A stretch of DNA of 64,000 bases from Azolla caroliniana. Lineage: Eukaryota; Plantae; Polypodiophyta. The position numbers were made by a program, and so were the translations under genes. Below are positions 40,736-51,806 of this stretch, one piece after another. The notes beneath the pieces are model-generated. The model saw nothing but the letters and a program-made list of their open reading frames with translations. It did not search any database and had not been told where the DNA came from. Each line of letters begins with the position of its first letter. Position 1 is the stretch's first letter. Location: assembly GCA_043228905.1 (NCBI GenBank), contig JBHGNT010000003.1:12214001-12278000 (forward strand), in the 5' to 3' direction.

Positions 40736-43700
40736 ATGGAGTACTCAGAGCACGAACGCAGACGTAGCTCCCGCAACAGCAAAAAATCGACATTGCAGAT
40801 TGAGAGCTACAACACAGAACCCGCTCGATCATCGTCCAGGTATGTTTCAGTTACAGAAACCCCAAACATTTGTTTTTTCTTTTTGACTACTGTCTGAACT
40901 TTGGTGCCGATTCATATTTCCCCAAAATCGAATAGGGCGAAGTCCTTGGAGTCCCATACAAGGATGTCTCGCAAATCGGGGAGTAGCAACAGGTGTGTTT
41001 ATATTACTTTTTTTGTCTTTAATCCTGTCTTTAGTGATTAGGGTTTGTGATTGAAATTTCTGATTAGGGTTTGTGATTGAAATTTCTGATTAGGGTTTTT
41101 GATTATAAATTTCTGATTAGAATTTCTGAATAGGGTTTCTGGTTACAAATTTTGATTACAAATTAGAATTTCTGAATAGGGTTTTTGTTTATAAATTTCT
41201 GCTTAGGATTTCTGATTAGGGTTTGTGATTGAAATTTTTTATTAGGGTTTCTGATTGAAATTTCTGATTAGGGTTTTTGATTATAAATTTCTGATTAGAA
41301 TTTCTGAATAAGGTTTCTGGTTACAAACTTCTGATTATAGATTTTGATTAGGGTTTCTGATTTCAAACTTCTGATTACAGATTTTGATTAGGGTTTCTGA
41401 TTTCAAATTTCTGAATACAAATTATGATTAGGGTTTCTGATTTGCTAAGTTAAAGATTTTGCACCATTTTTGTTGTTGTTGATTGGGGTTTTTGATTCTC
41501 ACATATTCTGATTTTGCACTATTTCTGATTTCTGAAATGATATTTCAGATGACTCGTTCCTCCGTATACGAGAGTGCTAAACTTCGCAAAATTTTGCGAG
41601 ACAAAGGAGGACTTCCACAACACCTATGGTCTGTCACTCGAGGGTGTTGACCCTGCTGTCCTAAGTGATAAATTGATCAGTGATATAGACTGGATGACAG
41701 TATATACAGTGCCTAGAGTCAAAGGCAAGGTCAAGCTGAAGCATGTACGAGCCGACTTGTACGATGACTGCATGAGACTGCACCAGAAAGTTCATCAGGA
41801 GATCCCAGTCAACAATGAGTTGTCAGTTTCATTTGCTAGAGCATTTGCATATGAGTACTGCAAAACAGCGAAGGACTCTAGAGACCCTGAAATGTATAGG
41901 GTAGCTTGGGCAGTCTATGGTGAGGCATCGGTAAAAAGATGCCGAAAGATGGGGACCTTGGCACAAAAAATAGACAGATTTTGGAGCATGGCAGCTGTTG
42001 ATGCAACTGCCGACTCCCAGCAAGACCGGGGGCATACACCACACCGACACCCAAGGAAAGCCAATGTCGATGATACAGGTGAGACATTGGTTAGCTATAT
42101 GCTAAAAAATGTCCATGAAGCCTGTGAGACATTGGCATTTTTTAAGACTGATTTAGAGAAAGCCACAATGGCTTCTGCAATGGAGAGCAAAGTTACTTCT
42201 GCTGTTACAACAATTAGAAATAAGATTCAGGTAACTATTGTTTTGCTAGTATGTGATTGTGTTATAAATAACGGGTAAAATGTGCTAATCAAGCATTATC
42301 TGGAATAGGTTGCGCAACAGGAGCTTGAATTAGAGGGGCCACTGGATCCCCAGCGTAAAATAGAACTGCAAATAGAGATCCAGGTTCTTTCAATGAACCT
42401 GGACCTTCTAGGTGTAAATACTGTTGCAGATTACAATTTGGATAAGCTTCAAGTAAGTTAACGATTCCTGAGCAAAGTTGGTGTATATTTCAACAACAAG
42501 AATAATTAATCGGTAAATTTCTCTGTTGCGTTGAAGGAACAATACATTCATCAAGAACAGGTAGTTAGCTGCCTTAAGAAGAAGCTACATTTTGTGGAGG
42601 GAATGGTAAGGACCAGACAGGATTTGGACCTGAACATTCTTGCTCCCTTACCAAATGAAGTAGAACCAGAAAATGATTTATTGACAGTTCAAGCACGTTG
42701 CATCGCTTGCGGGTTAGGTGTGGAGGACAAAACTGCGTCTTTGTTGGTTCACCTACAACCATGCAACCACACATACCATCTGCTTTGTTTTCAACATGCC
42801 TGTCGAATTGCTGCATTCTGTTTGGGAGATTGCAGTACAACTCTACCAAATGAGTGGAGAAAACAAACAGGTATACCATACTGTAGCTAATAAGCTTAGT
42901 CTTTTCTAATTAGCTATCCTACTAGCTAATTAGCTACTGGCAGCTAATGAGCTACTAGCTAATTAGCTATCCTAGTAGCTAATTAGCTATGGTACTAGCT
43001 AATTAGCTAGTACCATAGTTGTGTAAAAAAGCTAAATAGCTATCCTACTAGCTAATTAGCCACTGGCAACTAATTAGCTATCCTAGTAACTAATTAGCTA
43101 CTGCCATAGTTGTGTAAAGTAGCTAATAAGCTATCCTAGTAGCTAGTTAGCTATGGTACTAGCTAATTAGCTAGTACCATAGTTGTGTAAAAAAGCTAAT
43201 TAGCTATCCTACTAGCTAATTAGCTACTGGCAACTAATTAGCTATCCTACTAGCTAATTAGCTATCCTACTAGCTAATTAGCTATCATAGTAGCTAATTA
43301 GCTACTGACATAGTTGTGTAAAGTAGCTAATAAGCTATCCTAGTAGCTAGTTAGCTATGGTACTAGCTAATTAGCTAGTACCATAGTTGTGTAAAAAAGC
43401 TAATTAGCTATCCTACTAGCTAATTAGCTACTGGCAACTAATTAGCTATCCTACTAGCTAATTAGCTATCATAGTAGCTAATTAGCTACTGACATAGTTG
43501 TGTAAAGTAGCTAATAAGCTATCCTAGTAGCTAATTAGCTACTGGCAGCTAATTAGCTATCCTAGTAGCTAATTAGCTACTGGCAGCTAATTAGTTGTCC
43601 TAGTAGCTAATAAGCTATCCTAGCTACTACATAGTTGAGAAAGTAGCTAATTAGCTTTCATTGTAGCTAATTAGCTATCCTAGCTACCACCATAGTTAGT

Positions 43701-45064
43701 AAAGTAGCTAATTAGCTATCCTAGCTACTACCATAGTTAGTAAAGTAGCTAATTAGCTATCCTAGTAGGTAATTAGCTATGGTACTAGCTAATTAGCTAG
43801 TACTATAGTTGTGTAAAAAAGCTAATTAGGTATCCTACTAGCTAATTAGCCACTGGCAACTAATTAGCTATCCTAGTAACTAATTAGCTACTGCCATAGT
43901 TGTGTAAAGTAGCTAATAAGCTATCCTAGTAGCTAATTAGCTACTAGCAGCTAATTAGCTATCCTAGTAGCTAATTAGCTATCCTACTAGCTAATTAGCT
44001 ACTACCATAGTTGAGTAAACTACCTAATTAGCTATCCTACTAGCTAATTAGCTACTACCATAGTTGAGTAAAGTACCTAATTAGCTATCCTACTAGCTAA
44101 TTAGCTACTGGCAACTAATTAGCTATCCTACTAGCTAATTAGCTATCCTACTAGCTAATTAGCTGCTGGCAACTAATTAGCTATCCTACTAGCGAATTAG
44201 CTATCCTAGCGAATTAGCTATCCTAGCGAATTAGCTATCCTAGTAGCTACTGCCATAGTTGTGTAAAGTAGCTAATAAGCTATCCTAGTAGCTAATTAGC
44301 TACTGGCAGCTAATTAGCTGTCCTAGTAGCTAATTAGCTACTGGCAGCTAATTAGCTGTCCTAGTAGCTAATTAGCTACTGGCAGCTAATTAGCTGTCCT
44401 AGTAGCTAATAAGCTATCCTAACTACTACCATAGTTGAGTAAAGTACCTAATTAGCTATCCTAACTACTACCATAGTTGAGTAAAGTACCTAATTAGCTA
44501 TCATACTAGCTAATTAGCTATCGTACTAGCTAATTAGCTATCCTAGCTTCTACCATAGTTTAGTAAAGTAGCTAATTAGCTATCCTAAATAACTGTCATG
44601 TTATTGTAGAATCTTGTGGATTAAGGACGGCACATGATGTGTCTGGTGCTGATGATGCTGCAACAGATGAGGATACTACTGCCAATGTGGCTGAAAGTAA
44701 GAGTCCTGCTATCACATCTCCTTCAGATCAGCTGCACCCTATTCTTTTGGAACAGTGTACTGAATTAGGCAACGATGTGAAATGCCATGAAATAGTGGAA
44801 ACAACATGTAAAACTGAGGTTCACAACAACAGTGTTTATGAACACTTGATGCAACATTTCTTCGAGTCTCAAGACCTTGATTCCACCCCACCGAGCCCAA
44901 CTACTGAAAATGTCCAAACAGATCCCTCTGCCCAACTAGGTGCATGGTTGTGGACTCCATACCGAGCTCAATATGCGGATAATATATGTAGACTCGTTCC
45001 ACTGACTAGCAAGAGCTTAGCTGTTTATAGGGGATTTGTAGACATTTCCAATGGTAATTTATAA
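40736..45064 (+). CDS. Transposon accessory gene, coiled-coil plus RING-H2-like zinc finger; exons 40736-40839, 41549-42230, 42309-42452, 42537-42870, 44610-45064; one in-frame TGA at 41550
   Basis: All four GT-AG junctions keep frame (1719 nt in total). RING-like CIAC...LQPCNHTYHLLC...FCLGDC in exon 4; helical Leu/Glu/Gln-rich exons 2-3; acidic tail. Confidence 0.75.
41030..41500. repeat. Degenerate ~26-bp tandem repeat containing TTAGGGTTT (telomere/telo-box-like) in intron 1 of the accessory gene
   Basis: Unit approximately TTAGGGTTTCTGATTGAAATTTCTGA. Confidence 0.9.
42884..44586. repeat. Minisatellite of the palindrome TAGCTAATTAGCTA filling intron 4 (42871-44609) of the accessory gene
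   Basis: Dozens of copies with mostly 6-nt spacers (TCCTAG, TCCTAC, CTGGC) and longer CCATAGTTGTGTAAAG spacers; higher-order duplications. Confidence 0.97.
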
Positions 45065-45209
45065 ATATGTAAAGAGATGACATTATTCAATGAAGAATTT
45101 AATTACTTGTTCCCACTGTACTTATCTACTGTGTAATTTGAGGAATATGTTGCAGATTGTTGATTTCATTCTATTGATGACTATTTAGCTATTGACAGCT
45201 AATTAGCTG

Positions 45210-45956
45210 CATTTGTACAGCTAATTAGCTACTGATGACTATTTCGCTATAACTTATAACTTAAAACTTAACAAAAAAGACATGATTTTATTGAGAAAGA
45301 AGCACAGAAAGCAGACTGTATACAAGAAATTGATTCCAAACGAATTTATTGATCTGTTTTCGCGAAATACATGTTTGTTTTACAAGAGAACATGGTAAGT
45401 GCTACTTGTAGCTACAAATTCCATGGCATACTATTGTAAATACATTTGTACAGCTAATTAGGTGCATTTGTACAGCTAATTAGCTACTGATGACTATTTC
45501 GCTATAACTTATAACTTAAAACTTAACAAAAAAGACATGATTTTATTGAGAAAGAAGCACAGAAAGCAGACTGTATACAAGAAATTGATTCCAAACGAAT
45601 TTATTGATCTGTTTTCACGAAATACATGTTTGTTTTACAAGAGAACATGGTAAGTGCTACTTGTAGCTACAAATTCCATGGCATACTATTGTAAATACAT
45701 TTGTACAGCTAATTAGGTACATTTGTACAGCTAATTAGCTACTGATGACTATTTCGCTATAACTTATAACTTAAAACTTAACAAAAAAGACATGATTTTA
45801 TTGAGAAAGAAGCACAGAAAGCAGACTGTATACAAGAAATTGATTCCAAACGAATTTATTGATCTGTTTTCGCGAAATACATGTTTGTTTTACAAGAGAA
45901 CATGGTAAGTGCTACTTGTAGCTACAAATTCCATGGCATACTATTGTAAATACATT
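45210..45956. repeat. 255-bp near-perfect tandem triplication covering the transposase stop codon and 3' region
   Basis: CATGATTTTA recurs at 45281, 45536 and 45791. Confidence 0.95.
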
Positions 45957-48900
45957 CATACACATTAGCACCAACAGTGTATAAACCGGAGCAGCTATTG
46001 TATTCTGACATTGGGACGTTGATGCATCTGACCAAATGAGAGTACATATACGCCGCTGGTTTGTCTTCTAACAGCCTGTACACATATTCGTAGTCATCTA
46101 GTTTTGCATAAAAAATGCCTTCGATGTAGAATGTCCCGGCAGATACAAAATTTCCCCATGCATCTACAATATTCTGCCTTGCACACTGTTTACTAACCGT
46201 GCACTTTAATATATAGAAATCAGCACCCTCTGAATTGCCTTCTTCAGCATTTACAGCGAAGTTATCCCCAACGTTCAGGACATCACTCAAAGTATCTCCA
46301 AGTCCCTCATATGTGAAGTCAACATTCTGCCCTGTTTCTCCATCAACTGCTTCCTTATCATTCAGAGTGTGATACTCCCAATTCTGAATGTATGCTTTGT
46401 TTAGACAATATCTCCAATTTCCCTGCACACAATGGAAGCAAAAAAAAGTCAATTCTCTAACCGCAATACAATGACCATCCAACCTAGAATAACCGCGAAC
46501 AGCATGCAGAGATCGCAATTCGGGAATTCCTTGGCACTCCCAGGTCTTCTCCCTATTTACTTCATCTATCTTCACTTCCCAAAATTCACGTTTGATATCT
46601 CGAACTTGCGAGGAATAAACACCTGTGGCACTCGTCGACATATTTGTTCTTAAAAATTCAACTACATGTGATGCACAATTCATGTGCACACCATCTGTCT
46701 TTAGTTGTTCATGGGTAAGTGCCCGCTTTATAACAGCCCCTGCACCATCATGTTCACCTTTACCATGGCCAGACCCAAAAAAATTCCATCTCATCTCCAA
46801 ACCTGTTATAGCAGGATACCTCCCCACAAAATAAAATGGACGTCGAGCCTTGAATTGTGACGCAGCTCCGTCAGACCAGACCCAATGTTGAGTAAGCTCC
46901 AAACGTTGAGCTAATAACCACTGCCAATGTAACTTAAAACAGTGTTGGACGAACAAGGTATCATGCTTCTTATCATCGGAAATAAAGAAATGAATTACTT
47001 TTTTAACATCACCTGAAACTCGAAAATATGTTATGTGCACAAAAATGGTTACCTGAACTGAACACCAATGCATAGATTGAATTTCATTCTGCTGCTTGAA
47101 AGTATAATTCTCTGCGAAATCTACTACTGAGACTACTACATCATTTGGGAAATCAGATATGCAAGTCTTAAACTGATGGGCCTGCCATGAATAAATGAAG
47201 TTGTGTTTAATGAACTTTCCTAGAGATACTACAAACAGAGACACCAAATCCCTTGGTTTAAGCATCTTCCGAACTAGATCCTTTCTTTTACACACCTTTC
47301 CTTCGAAATTGGTGTTCACTGACTCAAATAACTTCACAGAGATCAATATTTCACTACTCAATTCATTTGGACACCACCTAAATCTAGTAGGGCCACAATC
47401 CTGACATAAACCCATGACACATTTATGAATATGGAAGATAGCGTCAGATTCTCTCGGACACAATATTGAATCTAATAAATAACTCATGGAAGAGATAACG
47501 TGCTCAGATGATTTACACTCCTCTTGCGGGCTTGATCGACAGATTGGGCACCCACATGTGCAAACTGTATTAGTTAGGGATGCGCTATGGTGACGTAGTA
47601 GATTAACAGAGTCCTTCAGAAAACCCATCTGTACATGGTAAATGCAACAACATGTGTATCGATCCTTTAAGAGTCTCACAAAGTGTGGCTTAAGAGACTC
47701 GAATGTTCGTAGTTGAACTTTGATAGTTGGATGCATTCGTTTGAACCTAATAAATAAATCGACCTGCGTAATAAAGGGGAATTAGTTATTCTCGTAACTA
47801 GCTAACTATCCTAGTAGCTAATTAGCTATTCTAGTAGCTAGTTAGCTATTCTAGTAGCTAGTTAGCTATTCTAGTAGCTAATTAGCTATCATGGTAGCTA
47901 ATTAGCTGTCCTAGTAGCTAATTAGTTGTCCTAGTAGCTAATTAGCTATCATGGTAGTTAATTAGCTATCGTAGTAGCTAATTAGCTATCATGGTAGCTA
48001 ATTAGCTATTCTAGTAGCTAATTAGCTATCATGGTAGCTAATTAGCTGTCCTAGTAGCTAATTGGTTGTCCTAGTAGCTAATTAGCTATCATGGTAGCTA
48101 ATTAGCTGTCGTAGTAGCTAATTAGCTATCATGGTAGCTAATTAGCTATTCTAGTAGCTAATTAGCTATCATGGTAGCTAATTAGCTGTCGTAGTAGCTA
48201 ATTAGCTATCATGGTGGCTAATTAGCTTTCCTAGTAGCTAATTAGTAGTCCTAGTAGCTAATTAGCTATCATGGTAGCTAATTAGCTGCTCTAGTAGCTA
48301 ATTAGCTATCATGGTGGCTAATTAGCTTTCCTAGTAACTAATTAGCTATCATGGTAGCTAATTAGCTTGTCTAGTAGCTAATTCGCTATCATGGTGGCTA
48401 ATTAGCTTTCCTAGTAACTAATTAGCTATCATGGTAGCTAATTAGCTGGTCTAGTAGCTAATTAGCTATCGTGGTAGCTAATTAGCTGGTCTAGTAGCTA
48501 ATTAGCTATAATGGTGGCTGATTAGCTTTCCTAGTAACTAATTAGCTATCATGGTAGCTAATTAGCTATCACGGTGGCTAATTAGCTGTCCTAGTAACTA
48601 ATTAGCTATCATGGTAGCTAATTAGCTGGTCTAGTAGCTAATTAGCTATAATGGTGGCTAATTAGCTATCCTAACTAATTAGCTATCATGGTAGTAGCTA
48701 TTGAGAGTAGCCAGTTACCTATGTAGTAGCTATCATAGTAGCTAATTAGCTATCATGGTAGCTAATTAGCTTTCCTAGTAGCTAATTAGCTGGTATAGTA
48801 GCTAATTAGCTATCATGGTAGCTAATTAGCTATCACGGTGGCTAATTAGCTGTCCTAGTAACTAATTAGCTATCATGGTAGCTAATTAGCTGGTCTAGTA

Positions 48901-50025
48901 GCTAATTAGCTATAATGGTGGCTAATTAGCTATCCTAACTAATTAGCTATCATGGTAGTAGCTATTGACAGTAGCCAGTTACCTATGTAGTAGCTATCAT
49001 AGTAGCTAATTAGCTATCATGGTAGCTAATTAGCTTTCCTAGTAGCTAATTAGCTGGTAATAACGAAATAGCTAACTAGCTACCATGATAGCTAACTAGC
49101 TAGCAGTACAGCTAATTATCTGGTAGTACCTAAATTAGCTATTGAGAATAGCTAATTAGCTATCATGGTAGTAACTATTGAGAGTAGCTAGTTACCTATG
49201 TAGTAGCAATCCTAGTAGCTAACTGAGGTAAATGTAACTGATAAGCTAATTAGCTTTTCTGCTAACTGAGCTAATTAACTTTCCGAGTAGAGTCAAAACA
49301 AATGTTGAGATAAATGTAAATACCTGAGGTACATCAAGAAGATGAATGGGATGCTCCTCGTATTGATTTCTTCCAACACATTTCCTGCATAAATCCTTTT
49401 TATTGGGTGAAACCCTACTCTCATTAGTCCAAAACATTGTGATTACATCCTTGATTTCAAATGTTATGGGTGTCATTGGCTTACATCTTGTAGTTAGCTT
49501 TAGTAGACTAGTTCCTTCACCCGAGGAAATTATACGGTTCATTGTATTGTACACTGTTTTTCTACTAACACCAATTACCTTAGATAGCTCACTGATGTTT
49601 ATATCGTCAACATCACTATTAAGTAACATCATTAGACTAGAACTTTTTAAGACAAGATCATCTTCTGACCTGCTCATGGATACGAAACTATTACGAAGAT
49701 TATTTACTAAAATAGATGATATGTTTGCATTAAGACCATCACAATCAACTAAGTCCTTTATCGATGGATCATTACATATTCCATAAAGTACTACCTTCTT
49801 TTCTTCATTGCTGATGTGCTTGGTTTGAACATTGAAATAGTCTACAACCTTTCTCTCTATGATGGTAGTCGCATTACTTACATTCTCAGCTAAACTATCC
49901 TTACCTTTACTGAGTGTGGCTTTCGTATCCTTCAACAATTGACGATGTTTCCTTTTTTTTTTCTGCCCAATAGTTTCGTATGGCTTGTTGTGTCCTGATA
50001 ACATCATCCCTATCCTTATGATCAT
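45922..50025 (-). CDS. Sola2-type DDD transposase; exons 50025-49324 and 47763-45922 (847 aa, no internal stops)
   Basis: Motifs VDFAENY, QNEIQSMHW, FISDDKKHD, WSDGAASQFK and FFGSGHGKGEHDGAGAVIKR; Cys-rich upstream region. The phase-0 GT-AG intron 49323-47764 joins LLDVPQ|VDLFIRFKRMHP in frame. Confidence 0.9.
47795..49280. repeat. TAGCTAATTAGCTA palindrome minisatellite (20-bp period, alternating TCATGG and TCCTAG-type spacers) filling the transposase intron
   Basis: The column-aligned 20-bp period is visible from about 47810 to 48670. Confidence 0.97.
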
Positions 50026-50404
50026 TGAGGGGTAATTCTAAACACCCTTCTTCCCCTTCCATTTGGCTAGACATGTTAAAACCCTAAATTTCCAGAAAAA
50101 AAAACAAGTATTAAAGATGGCTATGGGCAACAACAATACACAAAAATATTCCACACAATACACAAGATTAGACACAACAATACACAAGATAATCAATAGA
50201 CAGAAAAGTTATTGCAATCCAAGACCGAACAGTAGAGGATTTCACTCTGTTGGATCCAACAGTTGAGGAGGCGATCCAAGACCGACCAATGGCAACAACT
50301 GAGTGTAGAATGTTGCCGTTGGATGAGTGAACTCCGTCAAATCGAAATGTGGAAGCAATCCGGGACTGGATAGTAGTGGCAACTGAGTATAGAATGATGG
50401 CAAT

Positions 50405-51142
50405 GGAGGAGAGAACCCCGTCAGATTGAACAGTTACCGATGATGCTTGAAACGCACATAGAAGGCACTTGAGAATAGAGTGGCATAGAGAAGAGAACCC
50501 CGTCAGATTGAACAGTTACCAATGATGCTTGAAACGCACAGTAGCGGCCCCTGAGTGAGAGTGGAAAAGAGAAGAGAACCCCGTCAGATTGAACAGTTAC
50601 CAATGATGCTTGAAACGCACAGTAGCGGCCCCTGAGTGAGAGTGGAAAAGAGAAGAGAACCCCGTCAGATTGAATAGCTCTTTGATTATGCTTGGAACGC
50701 ACAGTAGCAACCCCTGAGTGTAGAGTGGCAAAGAGAAGAGAACCCCGTCAGATTGAATAGCTCTTTGATGATGCTTGGAACGCACAGCAGCGGCCCCTGA
50801 GTGTAGAGTGGCACAGAGAAGAGAACCCCCTCAGATTGAACAGCTCTTTGATGATGCTTGGAACGCACAGTAATGGCCCCTGAGTGTAGAGTGGCACAGA
50901 GAAGAGAACCCCCTCAGATTGAACAGCTCTTTGATGATGCTTGGAACACACAGTAATGGCCCCTGAGTGTAGAGTGGCACAGAGAAGAGAACCCCGTCAG
51001 ATTGAACAGCTCTTTGATGATGCTTGGAATGCACAGTAGTGGCCCCTGAGTGTAGAGTGTCACAGAGAAGAGAACCCCGTCAGATTGAGCAGCTCTTTGA
51101 TGATGCTTGGAACGCACAGTAGCGGCCCCTCAGTGTAGAGTG
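50405..51142. repeat. About 9 tandem copies of an 81-83-bp unit upstream of the transposase, in the right subterminal region
   Basis: Unit GAGAAGAGAACCCCGTCAGATTGAACAGCTCTTTGATGATGCTTGGAACGCACAGTAGCGGCCCCTGAGTGTAGAGTGGCACA; the ORF-track offsets of 83 nt agree. Confidence 0.96.
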
Positions 51143-51806
51143 GCGGCAGGTGGACTCGATAGGGTTTAGCAACAGTGGTAGCAACTAACCCACAGTACTC
51201 AACTAGAGATGGCCTACGTGATGTGGCAAAGGATCATGCATAATGGACCTAGGAATTCGATATATAATTTATGGTACACATTTATGGTGCACACATCAAT
51301 TTATGTTGCACATTTATGGCACTCATTTACATATGTAATTAAAACACTCTAGTCTTTTCAATGGTAGTTTTTTGCATACTTAATTTATTAATGATGGCTT
51401 TTTACTAAAATGACTATTTATCAATGGTAGCTTTTTGCATAGCTAATTAGCTATGTCAAGGACATAGCTAATTGTTTCCACTCGCATGCTTTCACCCTCA
51501 TATCTTCGGGTAGCTCCTTGATTTCAAGTCACTTTTACGTAACTTTGACTTTATCTCTACTTGAGGATCCACCTTGGCTTTCTTTGCCTTTTGTCCCTTC
51601 ACCTCCTTTTGCTTCCACATGCTAAATATTTTATCCTATAAATCCCACACCTCCCCTATTCTAAAGGCTAGCTGAAACCACGAGTCATATTTTCACAATC
51701 CTTCTGACTATATCTTTGCAATGCATCAAGGTAATCGTGATGAAAAAATCTTATTCGCTCGATACAAGACATTTTTTTGGCTATAATCATTATCATTATT
51801 ATGGTC

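Larger units (their letters stand above)
40485..51497. mobile_element. Full-length Sola2-like DNA transposon (11,013 bp) carrying two convergent genes
   Basis: 25-bp TIR GGGT(A/G)AAAGCATGCGAGTGGAAACA at 40485-40509 and 51473-51497; 4-bp TSD TCAT at 40481-40484 and 51498-51501; GRG...CYC termini; Sola2-type transposase inside. Confidence 0.92.

Noticed and set aside
41030-41500. True telomere or interstitial telomeric array
   Set aside because: TTAGGG occurs about once per ~26-bp unit, not as a pure (TTTAGGG)n run.
47795-49280. CRISPR-like array (palindromic repeat with variable spacers)
   Set aside because: The repeat is 14 bp and the spacers are about 6 bp and recurrent. There are no cas genes, and the context is a eukaryotic intron.
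50405-51142. CRISPR array or repeat-protein gene (MRSKHHQRA... ORFs)
   Set aside because: Whole units are near-identical with no unique spacers. The 83-bp period shifts the frame, so the ORFs are by-products of the repeat.
40499-51483. Shorter GAG...CTC boundaries for the Sola element
   Set aside because: The inverted repeat extends 14 bp further out, and only the outer boundary is flanked by a direct repeat (TCAT).
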